DNA of 64,000 nucleotides from contig DIPH01000051.1 in assembly GCA_002424045.1 (NCBI GenBank), positions 65,858-129,857 on the forward strand. Direction: 5' to 3'. The position numbers and the translations under genes are program-made. The DNA comes from Firmicutes bacterium UBA5493. Lineage in GTDB: Bacteria > Bacillota > Limnochordia > Darwinibacteriales > Darwinibacteriaceae. This document shows positions 1 to 8,779 of this stretch, piece after piece (the stretch's first letter is position 1; every line of letters begins with the position of its first letter). Under the pieces are notes generated by a model that saw only the letters and a list, made by a program, of their open reading frames with translations, had not been told where the DNA came from and did not search any database.

Positions 1-230
1 GCCGCATCTTTAAGGTTCTCATCGGTGGACTTTACGATTCCCAAGAACTTGCCTAAGCGTCTGGCATGTTCTTTTTCATGGAGAGCGGTCTCCTCGAAAA
101 TACCGGAAATTTGGTTATAGCCTTCTTTTCTAGCGGCGCTAGCGTACCAATCGTACTTATTACGGGCCATTGACTCGCCAGAAATGGCCTCCCATAAATT
201 CTTCTCAGTTTGTGTTCCCTTCAGCTTCAT
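1..230 (-). CDS. rbr: Rubrerythrin, N-terminal part only (gene continues beyond window start)
   Basis: Minus-strand translation from the ATG at 230 gives MKLKGTQTEKNLWEAISGESMARNKYDWYASAARKEGYNQISGIFEETALHEKEHARRL... The EXXH diiron motif and overall N-terminus are typical of rubrerythrin. A strong RBS (GGAGGAG) lies 6 nt upstream. Confidence 0.8.
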   Translation of the reverse strand, partial: MKLKGTQTEKNLWEAISGESMARNKYDWYASAARKEGYNQISGIFEETALHEKEHARRLGKFLGIVKSTDENLKDA

Positions 231-460
231 AGTAACTCCTCCTTTTCAACTTTCTTTAATAGTTTCCCCATCAAGAGGTCCAGATCCTCCTCGAAATAGG
301 GAAGTTCATATAAATAGTGATAACCTTTAACGTTAATGCAGGAAAACTAGGGCTCATCCCGAAAATAGGGGGAAGGACGTTTCACTTCATGAACTTCCGA
401 TGATTGCAACATCCTTAGATTGCCTGCAATCAACACTGTACTTTCATGTGGAGGACTCTC

Positions 461-1294
461 ATGCAGAATAAAAAATGGGGGCTTGTGGCCCCGGTATATA
501 TTCTTCTCGTGCTGCTCATTTCCGCAGGAACAGTTCAAAGCAACCAATTGTACATAAATGAACTCTTGGAGGGAAACCCACCGCCCCAAGTGCTGAAAGA
601 AGGGCCCGTTGTGCGAGTAGTACAACCTAACGTTCAAAAACCAACTCCAGACGAAGGCGATGTGGAGGAACAGGGAGAGGTAGAGATAGAGGTAGAGGTA
701 GAGGTAGAGGTCACACCAGAACCAAAGCCCCTTCGCAAAGTAGCTCTAACCTTTGATGACGGTCCCGATGCCCACTATACCCCTAGAATTCTGGATATTC
801 TCCAAGCTGAAGATGTTTTAGCCACATTTTTTGTCCTCGGTGAGTACGTGGAGCGCCACCCAGAACTTCTGAAACGCATGTTTAACGAAGGTCACTTAAT
901 TGCCAACCACTCCCGAACCCATGGGGACCTTGCCCTTTTGACGAATGAAGAGATTATAGCCTTAGAACTTGGTCCAACATCACAGGTGATAGAGAACCTC
1001 ACGGGGTGTTATCCCATGGTTATGCGTCCTCCCTATGGCTCTCTGCGGCAAGATTCGGTGAATTTCTTGAAAGAGACGGGTTGGCATATTGTGCGCTGGT
1101 CACTGGATACCTTTGACTGGGACAGTCGCCGCAATAAGCCTGAGCAGATTATCAATCGTATCCAGGCGCAACACCACAACGGCGCCATCATTCTCATGCA
1201 CTGCAATGGACCGGCAACAACCGCAGTACTACCCGATGTAATCAAGACGTTGCGGGAGCTGGGATACGAATTTGCAACCGTGACGCAGCTGTGA
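461..1294 (+). CDS. Polysaccharide deacetylase (NodB homology domain, CE4 family), secreted or membrane-anchored
   Basis: The NodB motifs TFDDGP and HSRTHGD are present. The N-terminus is a hydrophobic signal/anchor. The ATG at 461 is preferred over 446 because GTGGAGGA sits 6 nt upstream. An acidic EVEIEVEVEVEV low-complexity linker is encoded by a GAGGTA repeat at about 680-715. Confidence 0.85.
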   Translation: MQNKKWGLVAPVYILLVLLISAGTVQSNQLYINELLEGNPPPQVLKEGPVVRVVQPNVQKPTPDEGDVEEQGEVEIEVEVEVEVTPEPKPLRKVALTFDDGPDAHYTPRILDILQAEDVLATFFVLGEYVERHPELLKRMFNEGHLIANHSRTHGDLALLTNEEIIALELGPTSQVIENLTGCYPMVMRPPYGSLRQDSVNFLKETGWHIVRWSLDTFDWDSRRNKPEQIINRIQAQHHNGAIILMHCNGPATTAVLPDVIKTLRELGYEFATVTQL

Positions 1295-1591
1295 GGGGGT
1301 GCCACTTGGCCTTTACAGCAAAACGTCAAGTCGGCAATTGTCGTCTGAGTTGTTCAATTGTCTAATGCCCTTACAACCCCGCCTTTGAGTTCTTGGGCTC
1401 TTGAGGAGGGGTCTTTTTGTCGACCCAAATGGTAGCGATAACTAGATTTCGATAGTGGTTGCGGCACCACAAATTCTATGCTACAATTAAGTGCAATTGT
1501 TTGTCTTTTCCGAATTTACCAGGCCTAATTGGGGCTTTTGTTTTACCTATCAGGTAAATATCCGTTGCCAAAAGGAGGGGTTTGCACTATA

Positions 1592-1930
1592 ATGAACATA
1601 GAATATAAGTCCAAGAAACTCAAGCGCTGTTGCGAGGATCCGAGATTTGCCCAAGCTACCTATGGTCTACAGAATGCGCGCAAGTTAATACAGAGAATTG
1701 GGGAGTTTGATGCGGCAGTGAGTTTGTCCGACATTGCCAATAATCCAGCCGCGAGGCTTCATAAGCTAGAAGGAAAACGGAGGCAACAGTACGCAGTTGA
1801 CTTAGAACACCCCTTTCGCCTCGTCTTCACACCTATTGTAACAGGCGACGCAGAGCACATCCACAGTTTGGAGAAGATACAAGTGATTCGCATTGAGGAG
1901 GTAGTGAATTATCATGGCAAACAAAAGTAA
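1592..1930 (+). CDS. higB: HigB-like toxin (RelE/ParE superfamily, plasmid-maintenance killer protein)
   Basis: About 112 aa, MNIEYKSKKLKRCCEDPRF...LHKLEGKRRQQYAVDLEHPFRLVF, resembles HigB (Pfam HigB-like toxin). It overlaps the downstream antitoxin gene by 17 bp. The RBS AAGGAGGGG is upstream of the ATG at 1592 (the ORF track start at 1529 has no RBS). Confidence 0.7.
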   Translation: MNIEYKSKKLKRCCEDPRFAQATYGLQNARKLIQRIGEFDAAVSLSDIANNPAARLHKLEGKRRQQYAVDLEHPFRLVFTPIVTGDAEHIHSLEKIQVIRIEEVVNYHGKQK

Positions 1931-2972
1931 CACGGCTTTCACGCCCACTGTCGCCATTCCACCGGGCGAGACCATAGCTGAGAACATAGCGTCTCTCGGT
2001 CTAAACCAACAAGAGCTGGCCAAGCGGTTGGGGATATCCGAGAAACATCTTAGCCACATCATAAACGGCAAGGCACCTATCACTTACGAGACAGCCTTAG
2101 GGTTAGAAAAGACCATTGGTCCGAGCGCTCAGTTTTGGCTCAACTTGGAAAGTAATTTCCAGCTTCATCTCGCCCGCCTAAGGAACGAAGCATCCATGGA
2201 AAAAGAGCTTGACGTTCTTCGGAACATTCCGTATAAAGAAATGGCGAACCTCAACTGGGTTACCGCCACCAAGAACAAGGCTGAGCAGATTCAAGAGTCT
2301 CGAAGCTATTATGGGGTCAGCAACCTCACGCTGATCGAGGATAGCTACCAGGTTGCCTTTAGAAAGCAAAAGCAGCTTGGACCAATCTCCGATTTGGGAG
2401 TCATCGCCTGGTTGCGCAAAGCTGAGCTAGACGGAATTCACATGAACACCCTCGATTTTGCGAGTAAGAATTTAGAAGCTACGATACCTGAGTTGCGAAA
2501 CCTATCGACAGCACCAATCGATCAGGTAATTCCCATATTGCAGAAGATCTGCTCAGAATGCGGCATAGCACTGGTGGTGCTGCCGTACCTTGCCAAGACA
2601 TACATCTGCGGCGCAACCATCTGGAGAAAGAAGAAACCAATTGTTGCCATCAGCTCTAGAGGAAAGCGCATCGACACTTTTTGGTTTACACTATTTCACG
2701 AGTTTGCGCACCTCCTGCTCCATGGCGTTAATCACATCCACATTCACTATGAGCATGATGCTGAAGACGAAGCTAATGCCCTCGCTACAGATTTACTCGT
2801 TCCTGATGACCTCTATCGAGATTTCGTGGAGAAAAGACCGTATCAACAGAAACAGGAAATTACTGGGTTTGCAAGGAGCGTTGGTGTAGCTCCAGGAATC
2901 ATCGTCGGAAGACTACAACATGATGGACTGCTAGCTCATTCCAGCCACCGTGACTTACTTGAACTTCGTTAG
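1914..2972 (+). CDS. higA: HigA-type antitoxin (XRE-family HTH) fused to a C-terminal ImmA/IrrE-family Zn-metallopeptidase domain
   Basis: The N-terminus LGLNQQELAKRLGISEKHLSHIINGKAPIT is an XRE HTH as in HigA/VapI (COG3093). The C-terminus contains FTLFHEFAHLLLHG, an HEXXH zinc-peptidase motif as in ImmA/IrrE (DUF955, COG2856). It is translationally coupled to higB. Confidence 0.8.
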   Translation: MANKSNTAFTPTVAIPPGETIAENIASLGLNQQELAKRLGISEKHLSHIINGKAPITYETALGLEKTIGPSAQFWLNLESNFQLHLARLRNEASMEKELDVLRNIPYKEMANLNWVTATKNKAEQIQESRSYYGVSNLTLIEDSYQVAFRKQKQLGPISDLGVIAWLRKAELDGIHMNTLDFASKNLEATIPELRNLSTAPIDQVIPILQKICSECGIALVVLPYLAKTYICGATIWRKKKPIVAISSRGKRIDTFWFTLFHEFAHLLLHGVNHIHIHYEHDAEDEANALATDLLVPDDLYRDFVEKRPYQQKQEITGFARSVGVAPGIIVGRLQHDGLLAHSSHRDLLELR

Positions 2973-2973
2973 T

Positions 2974-3004
2974 CAAAAAGCCCCTCGGATGCTCCGTGGG
3001 GCTT
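2974..3004 (-). terminator. Rho-independent terminator for the FMN-binding gene (also lies 3' of higA)
   Basis: A 7-bp GC stem (aagcccc ... ggggctt) around a 13-nt loop. On the minus-strand transcript it is followed by a UUUUU run. Confidence 0.55.
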
Positions 3005-3019
3005 CATTATCCCAGGACT

Positions 3020-3448
3020 TTACATTCCTTGCAACGCATTCTCGATAGCCTTTTGCAGAGCCTTGGTAGTCACCGTAGCCCCGGAAATTCCTTGAATGTC
3101 TAGAGACTGCTTCTCTAGGATCTCCTGGATGACTTCCTCATTCCACTTTCCTACAACACTTTCATGATTACTCTTGGTGATGGTGATATCTTCAAGGATT
3201 CCAGAACTCACCTGTACCAAGACACTATAGGACCATCGATTTTGCGTGTAGCTACCCTCGTACGTGCCATCCGGAAGCGTGGCCACGTCAATGGAACCAA
3301 TGTTTAGAGCCAATACTTTATCCATTCCCTGGTTGAAGATAGTCAATCCGACCCACGCTACTAGTGCAATCCCCACAATAACGATGATAACGTTGCGTAA
3401 CCATTTAGGCAATCCGTCCACCCCTTTCTTAAAGCTGATCGACATCAT
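3020..3448 (-). CDS. FMN-binding domain protein (NqrC/RnfG-type FMN_bind fold) with N-terminal transmembrane anchor
   Basis: The protein has one TM helix (VIIVIVGIALVAWVGLTIF). The C-terminal GISGATVTTKALQKAIENAL carries the S(G)AT flavin-attachment motif of FMN_bind domains. Confidence 0.7.
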   Translation of the reverse strand: MMSISFKKGVDGLPKWLRNVIIVIVGIALVAWVGLTIFNQGMDKVLALNIGSIDVATLPDGTYEGSYTQNRWSYSVLVQVSSGILEDITITKSNHESVVGKWNEEVIQEILEKQSLDIQGISGATVTTKALQKAIENALQGM

Positions 3449-3725
3449 AATCTACACTGGAAAGCTCGGAATCAAAATACGCCAAGTCTCCTTCTGGCAT
3501 TTCCCAGATGCCTCGAAAGCGACTAGGCAGAACCATTCCGTCTTGCTCCCTTAATCCCACGACTTCTGCCCGCCAGAGAACCAGTTCGAAGATACCACTA
3601 CCCTTATCCATATAGCGGTCTGTGCTCCTAAAGGTTACACTCTCACAGTCGTCACTAACGGTAAAAATGCCCGTAGCTTCGGCTCCTTTGTACCGAATGG
3701 TTGCCTTCGCTTGATGCCCATCCAT
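3429..3725 (-). CDS. Hypothetical 98-aa protein, overlapping and likely co-transcribed with the FMN-binding protein gene
   Basis: The ORF has protein-like composition. Its 20-bp overlap with the downstream gene suggests translational coupling. The RBS is weak and close (AGGAAGag-ATG). I recognise no family. Confidence 0.4.
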   Translation of the reverse strand: MDGHQAKATIRYKGAEATGIFTVSDDCESVTFRSTDRYMDKGSGIFELVLWRAEVVGLREQDGMVLPSRFRGIWEMPEGDLAYFDSELSSVDYDVDQL

Positions 3726-3902
3726 CTCTTCCTAGGTAATATAGTCCTGTAGAGCATAACTTGGCACTACCAAGCATTCGGCTAAGATTGTCCTTCGAAG
3801 GGAACCACGCCGCCAATTTTGGCGATCATGTACGCAATGCGGGCCGGCTCCCGCACAAAGTTAAACTGCTCGCAGTACATTTTAAGGTCCATATTTCCGT
3901 TC

Positions 3903-4115
3903 TTAAAAAGCCACCTCATCATAGATGATCTTGACCGTCGACGTTTTTCGCTGCCCTACATAACCCAAGTGCCGAAAATACCGTTCTATGGGAGCTGGAA
4001 GACCGGCAAAATCCTCTGCAGTGAAAACCTCTGCAGAAAAAAACGTTGCCTTATCCGGTTCTTCCTGAACCTCAGAGGCAAAGAGCTTCTTCATCTGTAT
4101 CCCATCTCCCATCAT
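3903..4115 (-). CDS. Small hypothetical protein (about 70 aa), possibly the 5' part of a frameshifted gene
   Basis: The ATGATG start has a GAAGGG RBS. Sequence is MMGDGIQMKKLFASEVQEEPDKATFF... A further protein-like ORF (…MDLKMYCEQFNFVREPARIAYMIAKIGGVVPFEGQS) follows in a different frame at 3760-3880. Confidence 0.25.
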   Translation of the reverse strand: MMGDGIQMKKLFASEVQEEPDKATFFSAEVFTAEDFAGLPAPIERYFRHLGYVGQRKTSTVKIIYDEVAF

Positions 4116-4273
4116 GTAAACCCTTCTTCTCTTCACATCTTACTATGTGTTAGCGGAAGTGTGGCATAAATCCTGCAGAGGTCTGAAATCCCCTGCCGAT
4201 TAACAGGGATTCAAATATGGGTGCAGAAATGCTAAGTTCGACTAGACTATTCCCTCAAGAAGTGGAGGTTACA

Positions 4274-5902
4274 ATGATGACAAAACCAGTAAAGCCCACT
4301 CAAGTTTTCTATAATGCCAAGATCATCACCCTCGATCAAACACACCCCGAGGCCGAAGCCATGGCCCTTGAAGGGGACCAGATTCTGGCTGTAGGTACGA
4401 ATGAAAAGATCAAAGCTCTCGCCGGCGAAGAAACCGAGACCCATGATCTAGAGGGACAGGTGGTCATACCTGGTTTCAACGATAGCCACATGCATCTCAT
4501 TAATTTAGGTCAAGGCATGGACGGCGTGGACTTGACCAAAGCCCGTTCTATTTCGGATCTGGTCCGCCTTGGTCAAGAATATGTAGATAAGAATCCTGAC
4601 CACGCCTGGATCCTCGGCCGGGGTTTCAATGATGAGACATTTGAAACCAAGGCACTTCCCACCAAGGCCGATCTGGACCAAATTTCTAAGACCCAACCGG
4701 TCTTTTTCACCCGGGTTTGTGGACATATCTGTGTAGCGAACTCCAAGGCACTTCAGATGGCCAGACTTGATACTACAACACCCAATCCTGCCGGCGGTGG
4801 CCTCGACCGCGAAATGAAGACTGGTGAACCCACCGGCGTTCTACGAGAAAACGCCATAGACCTCGTCAGGAGCCTTATTCCATCTCCAACCATTGATGAC
4901 TTAAAGCGGGTGATCCGCATCGCAAGCCAGGCCGCAGCCTCTTTAGGCCTAACTTCTGTACAGAGCAATGATCTACACGGAACTAGGACACTAATCAATC
5001 GTTTGGAGGCTTACGGCCAATTGGCGGAAAGTGGAGAGCTTCCCATCAGGGTAGAACTCCAATCTACCATGTCTACTCCCGAAGAACTCAAGACCTACTT
5101 AGAAGTAAGGAAGACTCACCCCACCCTTGGAACAAAGGTCACCCTAGGGCCCTTGAAGCTCTTTACCGATGGTTCCTTAGGTGGACGCACCGCGGCCCTT
5201 ACCCATCCTTATGCCGATGATCCCACGACTTCGGGGATGGCTATCTTTACCCAGGAGGAACTGGATGAGCTGGTGCTAATGGCTGCGCACGCAAACCTCC
5301 AAGTTGCCATCCATGCTATTGGAGATCGGGCCATGGACATGGTCATGGACAGCTATGAGAAAGCTAAGGCGGCTGAACCAGGATGGACCGCTCGCCCGCG
5401 GATCATTCATGCCCAAATAACAAGATATGATCAACTCGAACGCATGGCTCGGCTCGGAATCGTCTGTGATATCCAGCCTATCTTTGTTCCCACAGATTTA
5501 CATTTTGTGGAATCCAGGGTTGGACTGGAAAGTTCCAAGTACTCCTATGCCTGGAAAACCATGAAGGAGCTAGGTATCCACACTGCAGGAGGATCCGATT
5601 GTCCTGTGGAATCCTGTAACCCTCTGTGGGGCATGCACGCCGCCATAACTCGCCAAGACCAGGGAAGATACCCTAAGGAAGGCTGGCACCCCAACGAGCG
5701 CCTAACTCCCCAAGAAGCCCTCGCCCTCTTTACCACAGGCTCCGCCTATGCAGCCCATGAAGAAGATATCAAGGGCACCTTACGTGCGGGGAAACTCGCG
5801 GATTTTGTCGTTCTGCCCGAAGATCCAACAAAGATTGATCCAGAAAAGCTCCTAACGGTGAAGGTTACAGCCACCTATGTGGGAGGACAGAGAGTTTTCT
5901 GA
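4274..5902 (+). CDS. Metal-dependent amidohydrolase (Amidohydro_3 family)
   Basis: VIPGFNDSHMHL is the metal-binding HxH motif. The length (about 540 aa) and overall pattern fit amidohydrolase-3 enzymes. GGAGGT lies 6 nt upstream of the ATGATG at 4274. Confidence 0.85.
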   Translation: MMTKPVKPTQVFYNAKIITLDQTHPEAEAMALEGDQILAVGTNEKIKALAGEETETHDLEGQVVIPGFNDSHMHLINLGQGMDGVDLTKARSISDLVRLGQEYVDKNPDHAWILGRGFNDETFETKALPTKADLDQISKTQPVFFTRVCGHICVANSKALQMARLDTTTPNPAGGGLDREMKTGEPTGVLRENAIDLVRSLIPSPTIDDLKRVIRIASQAAASLGLTSVQSNDLHGTRTLINRLEAYGQLAESGELPIRVELQSTMSTPEELKTYLEVRKTHPTLGTKVTLGPLKLFTDGSLGGRTAALTHPYADDPTTSGMAIFTQEELDELVLMAAHANLQVAIHAIGDRAMDMVMDSYEKAKAAEPGWTARPRIIHAQITRYDQLERMARLGIVCDIQPIFVPTDLHFVESRVGLESSKYSYAWKTMKELGIHTAGGSDCPVESCNPLWGMHAAITRQDQGRYPKEGWHPNERLTPQEALALFTTGSAYAAHEEDIKGTLRAGKLADFVVLPEDPTKIDPEKLLTVKVTATYVGGQRVF

Positions 5903-5911
5903 TAGAAGTAA

Positions 5912-5940
5912 ATTGATCGAGGGACAGTCCCTCGATCAAT
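5912..5940. repeat. Perfect 14-bp-arm palindrome (TGATCGAGGGAC-A-GTCCCTCGATCA), bidirectional terminator-like, between convergent genes
   Basis: Read directly: attgatcgagggacagtccctcgatcaat. The same GAGGGAC/GTCCC core recurs at several other gene ends in this window. Confidence 0.5.
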
Positions 5941-5968
5941 TTGGCTCAGTTTCGCACGCTGATTCTGC

Positions 5969-7963
5969 CTACCTGCTTACGATTCTGTAGTATACCCTGG
6001 CCGTTATGGCATAGACAAAGGCATAAAAAAGGGCAAAGACCAAAAAGGTTCCCACCGTACACCAGGCAAAGAGTGCGGTGTTCCTCAAATTAAAGATGGT
6101 CAGAAGTCTGGTAATGAATCTAAAAGCCGCTGCAATATGGATCGCGGCAGTAACCAATGGCAAGAAGAAGACTGTCAAAACTTGACTGCGAATAGATTTC
6201 TTCACTTCTTCACGGCTCATCCCCACTTTTTGCATAATCTCAAAGCGTTCTTTGTCCTCATAACCTTCTGTGATTTGTTTGTAGTAGATGATCAGCACCG
6301 TTCCCATGATGAACAAGGTCCCCAAGAATAATCCGAGAAAGAACAAACCACCGTATAAGGAGTAGAATTCATCCTTAGCTGCTTCGGCTGACTCCACATG
6401 ACTAGAGGGGTCACCACCAGGGAGGCTTAAAAGAATATCCTGGTGGATGGAGACAGCGTCCCTATCCTTTGGAAGGTCAAAACCTAGGTAGTGGGTGAGC
6501 TCCGAACCGTATTCACCGTGAAAGACCGCCTGGGCCTCATAGAGTTCTCCTAGAACAGACATGTCTTTTACGATCACATAATGGTTACCTGTAAGGTACC
6601 CAGTATGCAAAGAAGCCCCAACAAATTCACTGAGTTTTCCCTTCACGATAAATGTTTGGCCAAGCAGGGTTAAGGTCTCGTATTCGTAATCTCCGCCCTC
6701 AGAGTAGATCAAGACCTCATCGTCTGCTAAATGAATTGTTTCTCCTTGGAGGCGGCTGTAGTCCTCTCCAGGAATGAAAGTCAGAGCCTGGAGTCTTTCT
6801 GCAAAACCAGTGATGAATGCGCGGTCTGTCAAGAACTCGCTGGCCTGCTCCTCCCCTAGAAACACAAGGCTGCGATACTCTAGCGTGTTATCAGCGGCGA
6901 CGCCGTGGTTTCTCAAGACTTCAGCAACCCCACGATGAAGCTCTGCGATATACTCGTCTGTTATCCTATAGGAAGAAATCGTGATCTCCCTCGGATATCG
7001 AGTCCTCAGGACATCTTCAACCCCAATATAAAGGGAGACCGTCGTTGAGAGTGTAACCAGAACCATCGTCGAAAGAATACAGATATTGGCAAGACCCACA
7101 GCATTTCTCTTCATACGGTAGATCAGGCCTGCTACCGTCGTAAAGTGATTGGGTCTATAATAGTAACCTTTGTTCTTACGCATTAACTTCAAGAGTGTGA
7201 TACTTCCAGAAGCAAATAGGGAGTACGTTCCCATCATCACAAAAATCACCGCCACAAAGAAGAGTGACAGGGCTGCGATAGGTGACTCGGTGGTAAGAGC
7301 CAGGTAGTAGCCGGCACCTATGGACGCCAGGCCAAACAGGGTCAAAAGCCACTTCGTCTTCGGTTCCCTCTCCCCTACTTGACCACCCTTTAGAAGTTCA
7401 ATGGGCTTGGCCAAATGAATCTGCCGCAGGTTCCCCAGCAAAGTCAAAAAAAAGATGGCTCCAAAGAGGATCAACGTAGACAGAATCGATGGGCCGGAGA
7501 TCTCAAAACCCATCTGTACCTCAAAGCGCAAGAGTTTGAGGAGAAGCAAGAACATAGCCTTAGAAAGGAGTATACCTCCCAGCAAGCCAGAAAAGATGCT
7601 GATGATGGTAATATAGATGGTCTCATACATCATGATTCTGGCAATATGCTTTTTTTCCATCCCCAAAACATTAAAGAGGCCAAACTCCTTTTTCCGCCGT
7701 TTGATCAAGAAACTATTGGTATAGAGCAAGAAAATGGCCGAAAAAAGCCCCACGATCGTAGAACCAAAGGACAGCATCGATTGCACAGTTGTGCCGCCAC
7801 TCATTTTACTTAAGCCCGTATTTCCTGAAAGGGAATGTATGAGATAGTACATCATCACCGTAGAAATACTCGTCAAAATATAGGGAACATAGACCCTAGA
7901 ATTCTTCCGGATATTATCGGCAGCAAGCTTCCAATAAAAGAACCTACCCACGGCGCCCACCAC
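5969..7963 (-). CDS. ABC transporter permease, FtsX-like, BceB type (10 TM with large extracellular loop)
   Basis: A 664-aa protein with FtsX-like TM blocks and a large hydrophilic domain between TM7 and TM8. It overlaps the upstream ATPase gene. Confidence 0.85.
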   Translation of the reverse strand: MVGAVGRFFYWKLAADNIRKNSRVYVPYILTSISTVMMYYLIHSLSGNTGLSKMSGGTTVQSMLSFGSTIVGLFSAIFLLYTNSFLIKRRKKEFGLFNVLGMEKKHIARIMMYETIYITIISIFSGLLGGILLSKAMFLLLLKLLRFEVQMGFEISGPSILSTLILFGAIFFLTLLGNLRQIHLAKPIELLKGGQVGEREPKTKWLLTLFGLASIGAGYYLALTTESPIAALSLFFVAVIFVMMGTYSLFASGSITLLKLMRKNKGYYYRPNHFTTVAGLIYRMKRNAVGLANICILSTMVLVTLSTTVSLYIGVEDVLRTRYPREITISSYRITDEYIAELHRGVAEVLRNHGVAADNTLEYRSLVFLGEEQASEFLTDRAFITGFAERLQALTFIPGEDYSRLQGETIHLADDEVLIYSEGGDYEYETLTLLGQTFIVKGKLSEFVGASLHTGYLTGNHYVIVKDMSVLGELYEAQAVFHGEYGSELTHYLGFDLPKDRDAVSIHQDILLSLPGGDPSSHVESAEAAKDEFYSLYGGLFFLGLFLGTLFIMGTVLIIYYKQITEGYEDKERFEIMQKVGMSREEVKKSIRSQVLTVFFLPLVTAAIHIAAAFRFITRLLTIFNLRNTALFAWCTVGTFLVFALFYAFVYAITARVYYRIVSR

Positions 7964-8711
7964 CTGTGGCGATCATGGTCAGGGTGTCCGCAATCTTCTG
8001 GTACATCTCTTCTTCCGATGAAGAGCCTTTATAGAGTTGATGGAAAATCTCGCCGTCCTTGATAAAGAGAACGCGCCTGGCGAAGCTCGCAGCCTTGGTG
8101 CTGTGAGTAACCATGAGAATGGTCTGACCCTCACCATTAATCTCCCGAAATAGCCGTAGAAGGCTGTCTGTGGATCTAGAGTCCAAAGCCCCCGTAGGCT
8201 CATCGGCCAACACCAATTGGGGTTCTATGATTAGAGCCCTGGCAATGGCTGTTCGTTGCTTTTCACCACCCGATACTTCATAAGGGTACTTCGATAGGAT
8301 TGGTTCAATCCCCAGCCTGCAGGCAACGGGTTTAAGGCGACGCTCCATTTCCTGGAGATCCGTATTTGCTAAGACCAGGGGCAGAAAGATATTGTCCCGA
8401 ATCGAAAATGTGTCCAGTAGGTTGAAGTCTTGAAAGACAAACCCGAGATTGTCCCGGCGAAAGGCCGCGATCTCCCTTTGGGGAATGGATACGATACTCC
8501 GCCCGTTTAAAAGGACCTCCCCAGCTGTGGGTTTATCCAAAGCTGCTAGGATATTGAGAAGCGTTGTCTTCCCTGAACCCGATTCGCCCATAATGGCCAC
8601 GTACTCGCCCTTCTCCACTCCAAAGGACACATCAGATAATGCTTGAACATGGTTTCCCCCAAAGCGGGTGGTATATACTTTTTTGACGTTTTTTACCTCT
8701 AAGATATGCAT
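7944..8711 (-). CDS. ABC transporter ATP-binding protein (BceA/MacB-like)
   Basis: Walker A GESGSGKTT, signature LSGGEKQR and Walker B LVLADEPT are present. The start is set at MHILEVKNV (8711) with AAGGAGG 7 nt upstream. The ORF-track start at 8729 lies inside that RBS. Confidence 0.9.
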   Translation of the reverse strand: MHILEVKNVKKVYTTRFGGNHVQALSDVSFGVEKGEYVAIMGESGSGKTTLLNILAALDKPTAGEVLLNGRSIVSIPQREIAAFRRDNLGFVFQDFNLLDTFSIRDNIFLPLVLANTDLQEMERRLKPVACRLGIEPILSKYPYEVSGGEKQRTAIARALIIEPQLVLADEPTGALDSRSTDSLLRLFREINGEGQTILMVTHSTKAASFARRVLFIKDGEIFHQLYKGSSSEEEMYQKIADTLTMIATGGGRRG

Positions 8712-8779
8712 GAGGTAACCTCCTTCCATCCTTGGGCCTAGTATAACAAAGGGGGGAAATGCGTTGCCATCGCTTTGGC

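Noticed and set aside
660-720. GAGGTA tandem repeat as a possible CRISPR-like or VNTR element
   Set aside because: It lies in frame inside the deacetylase gene and encodes an EV-dipeptide linker. There are no spacers and no array.
3819-4169. 116-aa plus-strand ORF
   Set aside because: Cys-, Leu- and Arg-rich composition that is not protein-like. The opposite-strand ORF has an RBS and a better composition.
7944-8729. ORF-track start (MEGGYLM…) for the ABC ATPase
   Set aside because: The ATG at 8729 overlaps the AAGGAGG RBS that serves the downstream ATG at 8711. The shorter start is used.
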